Assembly: GCA_964589485.1 (NCBI GenBank)
Contig: CAZPRK010000001.1
Location: 48,369-112,368, forward strand
Reading direction: 5' to 3'
Length of the DNA: 64,000 nt
Source of the DNA: an uncultured Methanosarcinales archaeon
GTDB taxonomy: Archaea; Nanobdellota; Nanobdellia; Woesearchaeales; CAYSVS01
Below are positions 1-9,000 of the stretch, piece by piece. Position 1 is the stretch's first letter. Each line of letters begins with the position of its first letter. A program made the position numbers and the translations under genes. The notes under the pieces were generated by a model. That model saw nothing but the letters and a program-made list of their open reading frames with translations. It had not been told where the DNA came from and made no database searches.

Positions 1-1
1 T

Positions 2-3000
2 ATCTAAGTCAGTAAATATTTTACTATAGAATGAATCACTAAAAGATAAACTATCTCCATCTATTCTTAATTTACTAATTTTATATCCTGGATCAGGTTG
101 AATAATTAAATCATAACTTAATCCTTCAACACCTTCATAGTAATTCCCAACTAAATTAGTATCTCCTATGATAAAAACTTTCCCACCTGTTCCGCTATTA
201 ACTTCAAATCCAGGTTTAGTACGTTTAAAAGTTGCAGAAATTTTCTTATTAGATTTAATATTATTAAAAGTATGTTTATAATTATTACCAATAGCAGTTG
301 GAAGTTTAACATCATCAGCTTTAACTTCACTTATTTCATAACCAACATTTGATTTTACATCAACAGATAAACTTGATTTTTCTTTTACTGAAGTTGAAGC
401 AGGAGTAATTGTTCCTCCTTTCCCTGCTGAAATTTCAACTGAAAAAGTTTCTAAATTTTCATGAACACATAAAGTTTTAGCTTTTTTATTAGTTCTTGAA
501 CCAATAAAAAGTTTTTTATCAGTTGTCAAATTATATTTAGATGAAAACTCTTTTTTAGAATAAGTAGAAAAATATTCATCTTTTAACCAAACTTCATCTA
601 AATCAGATATTTTGAACAACTCATTATTAGTATATTCTATGGTTTTTATTTTTTTAGCTTCATCCAAAGTAGGTAATCTCCAATCAGTTAATTCTCCAAT
701 ATTTAAATCATTACAATACGTTTCAAAATTTCTTACACACATATCAGTTCTTCCATTCACGTTTTTAAAATCACTACATTCTTTTTCTTTGTCTTGAGTT
801 GACCATTTTAAATTATTTTCAAAATCATTTAAAACATTCTGAGTATTTCCCATAGTATAACTATTTTGATTATTTCCTAAACTTAAATCATTTCCATCTC
901 TTACACAAACACTTATTGCATTTCCACCTGATTTTTTACTACTTGATATATCAACATTTACAGGGTAACGTTTATTATTTCTAAAATTTTTTTGTAACCC
1001 CTTAGTCCAAATTCTATCTTGTCCATTAATTCCAAATAAAGAATTATCTTTTACATATAAATCAAATATTTCTCTTACTTCCCCATCATTAGGGTTACGC
1101 CAATCAGTAAATCCACCTAAAGTTGAATCTCCGCAATAGTTTCGTTTAGTACAACCATAAAAATTTGAAGTAGAAGTTCCACATTTATTTTCTTCTCTTT
1201 TTGTAGTAAACATATTATTAGTATGTTCATTTACAACAATACTACCTTTATTATTTAATTTTACTTTTTGTAAATATAATTCAGTTGGAGTTATTGCTCC
1301 CTCTCTTACACATACTGTTTGTCCATATTCTCTAGAGAATCTATCATTAGTTACCCAATAATTTAAATTCCTCTTTAAATCAAATTTATAAGGATATTTG
1401 TAAGTTTTCCCACTCGTTGTTTTACTTTTAACTCCAGATGTCCAAACGTAGTCTCTATTTCTACGACTAAACTTTATATCTAATAAAGAATTATCTGTAT
1501 TTTCTATACCAATCAAAGTTTTAGCTTGATCTATCGTAGGAATTTTCCAATCTGTAAATCCGCCTAATTTCAAATAATAACAATAATTTACAAACCTTCT
1601 ATAACATCCAAATCCACCATATTTATATTTAAAATCGCATGTTTTTTCTTCTTTTGCTACAGTCCAAGTTAAATCATGTTTCTTATCTACTAAAACTCCA
1701 TCTTCTTTAGTCAATTTACTTAACCTTTCTCTCCTTGCTTTCTCTTCAGGAGTTAATCCACAATGTACAACTGCACCTAAGTTAGGGTATTGTGTAAGGG
1801 CATTACTTTTTGTCAATAAATCAGTAGTTCCTAATCTAAAAGGTGGATTATGAGAACTAGAATAACCATCAAAAGCAGTATATGCTTTAAAAACATCATT
1901 TCTACAAACATTTTGATTTAATTCATCAACATTCATTAAACTTCTTAATGGTACAAATTGCCATCCATCATTTAAATTTTTAATTTCCAATTTCCCACTA
2001 TCAACCACATATGCACAATTATTTGAAGTTTTAACAACAAATCCTTGCCCAGATTTTAACGAATTAAGAGTTTTCTTTTCATTATTTTCATATGTATAAA
2101 TAGAAATTGTACCACAATTTACAAATTTATTACTTACTTCAAAATTTTCACTTGTAGTTAATAAATGATACTTATCTTGTTTCAAATGTATTACATCCTG
2201 ATTTGATTTACATTTATAGTTTTGAGATTCATGTTTAACTATACTACCAACACTATCACAAGGTTTACCTGTTAACTCTTCACCCAATTTACAAAAAATA
2301 TTCAAACCATTACATGTATTTTGAGTACTAGCAGTAGTTACATCCCAAACATTTCTCCCAATATTTTCTCCAGGAACATAATCACTAACAACATTTACAT
2401 TATAAGATGCTGAAGCTTCTGCATCATCATCATCAGTAACAGTTAAAGTAACTTTATACGTCTTAGGTATTAAGTATTTATGTCTAAAGAAAGGTTCGCT
2501 ACGAATTCGATTATCTCCAAAATCCCATTTATATGATTTTATTTTCCCATCAACGTCATATGAAGAACTACCGTCATTAAATACATAAGTTCCTAATTTA
2601 ACAGTTATATCTCCTCCAACAATAGGAACAGGTTTTTTATTCAAAGGAGGTAAAATTCTTACTTTACTAGTCTTTATAGTTTTAGCTCTTTTATCATCTG
2701 TTACTTTTAAGGATACTTCAACTTCCTCAGGTAAGTTAAATGAATAATCTTCAACTTTAAACTGGTCTTCACCAGAATATTTAATTGATTGAACATCCCA
2801 ATCATAATTTTTAATAATACCATCTGGATCATTTGAATTACTTCCATCAATGTCAGTAAATTCTTCTGCATGAATTTCGTCTTCAAAAGTTATTTCTGCA
2901 ACTGGAGGTCTATTTATTATATTTAAAGTAGGCAAACGTTTAGTTTCACTTAATAATCCATCTTCATCTCTTACAGTAAGTTTAGGATAATAGTAATTAG

Positions 3001-6000
3001 CAGTAGGATATGAACGTTTAATTTTTGGATTTTCAGTTTCAACCAAAGGTCCATTACCAAAATTCCAAATATATGTTAAACTATCTCCATTTGGATCAAA
3101 AGATTCAGTAGCGTCAAATTCTATTTCTTCATTTGTTAAAGTGCTTACAGGTTTAACAATAACTTTTGCCTCAGGTGGTTCATTAAATATTTTTACATCA
3201 AATGGTTCATTAGATGTATCATATTTATCACGTACAGATAAAATAGCATGATAATCTTCATTTTTATATTCTGAATAAGAATGTTTAGCTACAGGGTCGC
3301 TTGAGAAATCTTTAATAGTATCATCTCCAAAATCCCATCTATATTCTAAGTCACTTTTATCTCCATCAGGGTCATAAGAACCAGAAGCATCAAAAGTAAT
3401 GTCAACATTTTTCTTATTAGTATTTACAAACTCTTTAAGTACTGCTACAGGTTTAATATTTTTCAAATCCAAAGATTTAGAATAAAAAGAAGTTGTATAC
3501 CTGTCATCTAATGTCAATTTAATTATATAATCTCCTTCAACACTAAAAGTCTTTTTCATAATATTAGTTGTAGAAGATTGTTTTACATCATTTATTTTCC
3601 ATTCATAAGTAATACTATCTCCATCAGAATCATAAGAACTAGAAGCATCAAAAATAATTTCATTATTTAATTTTTGTTCGCCATTAATTTCAAAATTAAC
3701 TGTAGGTTCTCTATTATTTATTCTTACAGTTTCAGTAAACGGTATTTCTGCATAATCATCAGCCACTGTTAAAGTTACTAAATAATCTTTGTTAAATTCA
3801 GGGAAAATATATGTATATTGTGAATCTTCAGAATAAGAAGTTTCTACATTACTTCCTATTTTCCATTTATAGTTTAAAGTATCTCCATCGCCATCAGAAG
3901 AACTAGAGGCATCAAAAGTAAGTTTATTCTTTTGATTAATATCAGGTGAATAAGTAAATTTAGGTATTGGGTTTTCATTTGTAAAAGATAAAGTTTGAGT
4001 TGTAGTTGAAGTAACATAACCATCATATACTGTTAATTTAACAGGATAACTACCAAATTCAGTAAAAGTATATTTATATTCTGAATTCTCAGAATAAGAA
4101 GTTTCTGCATTATTTCCAATTTTCCATTTATATTTTAAAGTATCCCCATCACTATCAGAAGAACTAGAAGCATCAAAAGTAATTTCCTGATTAAGTTTTT
4201 TATTACTTCTATCATGATTAAAGGAAGCAACAGGTTCTGTATTAGCTACATTTATTGTAAATGTTTTTGTTACTTCATCCCAATCATCTGAAACAGTTAA
4301 AACAACATTTTTTGATCCAGTGGTACTGAAACTATAACTTTTAATTGAATTACCTGGTTCATTATTCCAAGAGTAATATAAAGTATGACCATCAGAATCT
4401 GAAGACCTAGAAGCATCAAAAGTAATTTCTTCATCAGGCCTAACTGTAGTTGGAATATTATTAGTTTCTATAATTGGTGCAGTATTAGTAACAGTAACAA
4501 CAAAATTATCAGTATGCTCTCCACCTCTATCATCGGTTACAGTTAATGAAGCAGAATATTCACCTAAATCCAAATATGTATATGATACTTTTTTACCTTG
4601 CATATTTGGTTTATCTCCTTCTAACTCAGTATCGAACACCCACTTATATGTTTTAATTTCTCCATCTGAATCAGTTGAACTTCCGCCATCAAATTCAAAT
4701 GGTTTTCCAACAATTATATTTTTATCTCCGCCAGTATTTGCAACAGGCATAACATTAGGACGTAAAATTACTTGAACATTAAGTGTTTTAGAATTACTTC
4801 CTTCTCTATCATCAGTAACAGTTAATGTTACTGGGTACGTTCCAACTTCATTAAAAGTAAATGTAGGTTTTGATGTAGTTAAAATAACATCCCCAGGGAA
4901 ATTCCAATTATAAGCAACTATATTTCCATCATCATTATCGTAAGAACTTGTTCCATCAAATTCTATTGGGTTATTAATAAAAACTACTTTATCTCCAGTA
5001 ACTACAATTCCTTCACTAATAATATCACTTTGACTTACTAAGTCGCTTGATTTAATTGAAAATACAGCAGTAGGTAAAACATTAGGTTTTCTATCAACAG
5101 TAACTTTAATTATATCTGTCGAAGATAATCCTTCTTTATCAGTTACAGTTAATTCAATTTCTTTAACTCCCAATGTATTAAAAATATACTCAGGGTTAAC
5201 TCCTTCCATAATTTGTTCACCATTAAGTTTCCAAGTATAACTTAACTCATCATCTTCATCTGGATCTGTTGATGCTCCACCATTAAATTCAGCTTTATTT
5301 CCTAGATATACATTAAAATCTAAACCTGCTATTGCAGTTGGTGCCCTATTAGGATGGTTTACTATAACTTCATCTCCAAAACTAGACACTGCTCCTTTAC
5401 TATCAATTACATTCAAAAATACAGAATATATTCCAGCGTTATCATAAGCATGCACATTATTAACATCATTAGACTCAACATTATCTCCAAAGTTCCATGC
5501 ATGGATTAATTGATCACCATCAGTGTCTGTTGAAGTTGATGTAAATGTAACATCTTGTCCAATTAAAACTTCTCTTGGTTCAATTGTAAATTCTGATTTA
5601 GGAAATGCATTTATGCCTAACGATCTTTTTGATGGAACAAATTGTAAAGTACGTGTTCCCGTACCAACATCTGCAATTTCATCAAAAATTTCTTTAACAT
5701 CTGCATCATAATCTACTAACAATTTAATATGTTCCCATGCACCAGTGCTTGAATCTCTTGAATTATCTCCTTGATATTGATTATCCTCTGTTTTACACAA
5801 TACAGAATAAGATAACTCAGGAGAAATAGTTGGACAATATAATAAACATCTTGCATTATATTCATTTACATAACCCAAACAATCTTGTTTTTCATTTAAC
5901 CCAGGTTGAACAGAATGAAAAATAATTCTTTGATTTCCAATAACATCTTTTTCTAAAATAGGAGAAATTGTTAATTTAGTTAACTTATTCCTATCTTCAT

Positions 6001-9000
6001 CTTCAAAAACTAAAGTAGATTCAATTCTATATTGATCAGTATGTCCAATAATTTCAATAAACCCTATAAAGTTAGGATTTGAACCAGAAAGAAATATTTC
6101 ATTATTCCCGGCAAGTGAATCCCTCTCGCTTGCAATATTTGCTTCAACTGCTTCGTCTTCTAATTCATTACATAAATCCTCATTGCCTGAAGTAATGGCA
6201 TCAAATAAAACACAATCATTAGAACTAATTAATTTATTATCAGCTGAATCTATATGCTCTTGTGTACAAAATGAATCATCATTAATATATCCTGTACATT
6301 TATCTTTATAATCATCTAAAGTTAAATCTTTACATTGATCAACTTTATTATTTCTAATTGCTCTTAACAATAAACATTGATTTTGTTCTCCTTCTCCATC
6401 TAATGCCAAACAATCTTCTTTTTCTCCTAAATACATAGAAACGCATTCTTTAAATGGTTGATCTAATTCTTTTGGACAATATGCCTGAACATTAGCTTGT
6501 AACAATTCAGTAAAATCAATATTAGTATTTAGATTTTTACCAACGCCATTAAAAAGCTTAGCATAAGTAGAATCATATTCAAAATCAGTAAAATCATGTT
6601 GACATGTAACTTCTTTATTTGCAGTAACTTGAACATTTGTTGATAAAGTAGATAATTTAAATTCTCCAGGACTCACACTATATTCTAAAGACTCACCAAG
6701 ATTACATATTCCATCATTATCATCATCTTGTCCATCATTTGAAACATCTTTTTTACCTGCTACGCTACAATCGTCACAAGTATCTAAGTCAAAATCTCCG
6801 CAAACAAATTTATTTAATGGATCTATATCGTTTTCATCATCCACACCATCATTATCATCGTCATTATCAGGATAAATAGGATTAAAATAATCTAGAGGTT
6901 CATCACATAATCCATCTCCATCAGTATCCGGATGATATTCATGTTCAGAAGAAACTTTTCCATCTGTTATTGAAAATCCAATTCCTTTTCCACAATCATC
7001 ACAACCATCGTTATCAAAATCACCACAAATTGTATAATCATCGTCATTTTCATCAAAATAAGTATCATATTCACAATCAGTAATATTAGTTCCTCGCTTT
7101 CCTAATCCATCTCCATCTACATTTACACAACTTTTTCCGCTAGAATCACAGTTTCCATCTCCATCAAAATCAACTCCATCTTGATCAGGATCAAATCTTC
7201 CTAAAAAAGAACAATCATCACAACTATCTTCATCAGAATCTCCACAGAAATAAATATCTTTACTATAATCTACACCATCTTTATTTTTATCATTAATATC
7301 TAATACACCATCATTATCATCATCTTTATCAGTATTAGTAGCTGAAGGATAATCTTCAGGATCATCACATAACCCATCCCTATCAGTATCAGGCCAAGCT
7401 TCACTTCCACCATCTAATTCATTTGCCACTAAATTATTTTTATTTACAACTCTTATTACTCCAGCTCCACAATCATCACAACCATCATTATCTATATCAC
7501 TACACACTAAAGGATTTGTATCATCTTTATCTAAATCTTCATCTACTCCATCATTATCTCCATCATCATCACATACGTCACCTTTTAAAGTTACTCCAGG
7601 AACTCCATCTTCAGGTTCAAAGTCTTCATCAGAATTAGTTTGATCAAAATTCTTAGTACGCGGACAATTATCTGGACCTGCATTACATTTACATCCACCA
7701 TCTTTAATTAATATTTCTTGTTTACTTAAATCAGGACATTCTTTCAAATATCCATCATTTTCACCATCACAAATCCCATCTCTATCAGAGTCAGGCGTAC
7801 AAACATTTTCATCATTATTATCTCCAAAAATACATATTCTAGATGTAGTTTTTTTATGTTCCCCTAAATCTGTGATAGTTAATAAAGTTACATCTACATA
7901 TCCATCTTGATCACCATACACATTACTTGCAGTTAAAGAAAACTTTCTTCCTTTTTGTTCTCCCTTAACTTTTTCCTTTGTATCAAAATCCCAATAATAA
8001 CTTTGAATATTAGGATCTTCTTCAGCTTCAAAATAAATTTCAGCATCTTTAGCAAAAGAAACGCCATCAATTGGTGAAGTTATTACAGCTTTGGGTTCTT
8101 CTCCTGATTCCTCTATAGAATTTAATCTTAATTTAGCAGTCATATCTAACCAATTTTCAAAAGCATCCATATCATAACTAAAAACATTATAATTTAATTT
8201 TAAATTTTTTTCTTGCGGCAAACATAAAAAATCTACATTATCATTTTGTAAATCATATTTTAATACAGCATCACAAACATCAGCATTAAATCCAGAATAT
8301 TCAACTGTTAAAAATTCACCAATTTCATTTTCATTTTTTTGCACACTTTGTTCTAAAGCTGCAAAAACTTTATTTTTATCATTCCCAGCGGAATAAAATC
8401 TTACAAAATTTTTAATTTCGTTAACAAAACTAATATCTTCTTCACCAAAATTTATAGGTCTTACAAATAATCTAATAAAATTTACAGCAGCATCTGCTGG
8501 GCTTTTAAAAAAAGAAGTAAATAAAGTAGCTAAATTAGTTGATTGTAATTTAATTTCAGAATGTTGTGAAAAAATTAATGTTTTTAATTCTGCATCATAC
8601 CACACTTTTTTATTATTATTACATATTTTAAACCCATTATTTTTAACATTTGAACATAATTCTTCATCTAAATTTAGTTTAGTCAATATTTGACCATCTG
8701 TATCAATATCATCGTTTAAAGAAACCCCTGCAGCAACATCAAAAATTCCATTATCATTTTTATCATATTTTAAAACACAAACATTATTCATTGGTTTATC
8801 TACAGAATTATAATAATCTTCTAAACCAGGAACATCTTCTAAACTATTTACAACTTTATTTAATTCATCACAATGAATGGAGTATTTTGTTCCTGCTAAA
8901 TCAAGTAACTGGTTTGCTACAACTTTAGTTCTAGTAGTCCATTTTCCTTTTTCACAAAAATGATCTCCATCTAAATTATTTATTGATCCACTATTTTTAT

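Noticed and set aside
2390..7800. Periodic DNA repeats as a possible CRISPR array or DGR template/variable repeat pair
   Set aside because: The repeats are degenerate, in-frame protein domain repeats. There are no identical direct repeats with spacers, no adenine-specific mismatch pattern, and no cas or RT gene.
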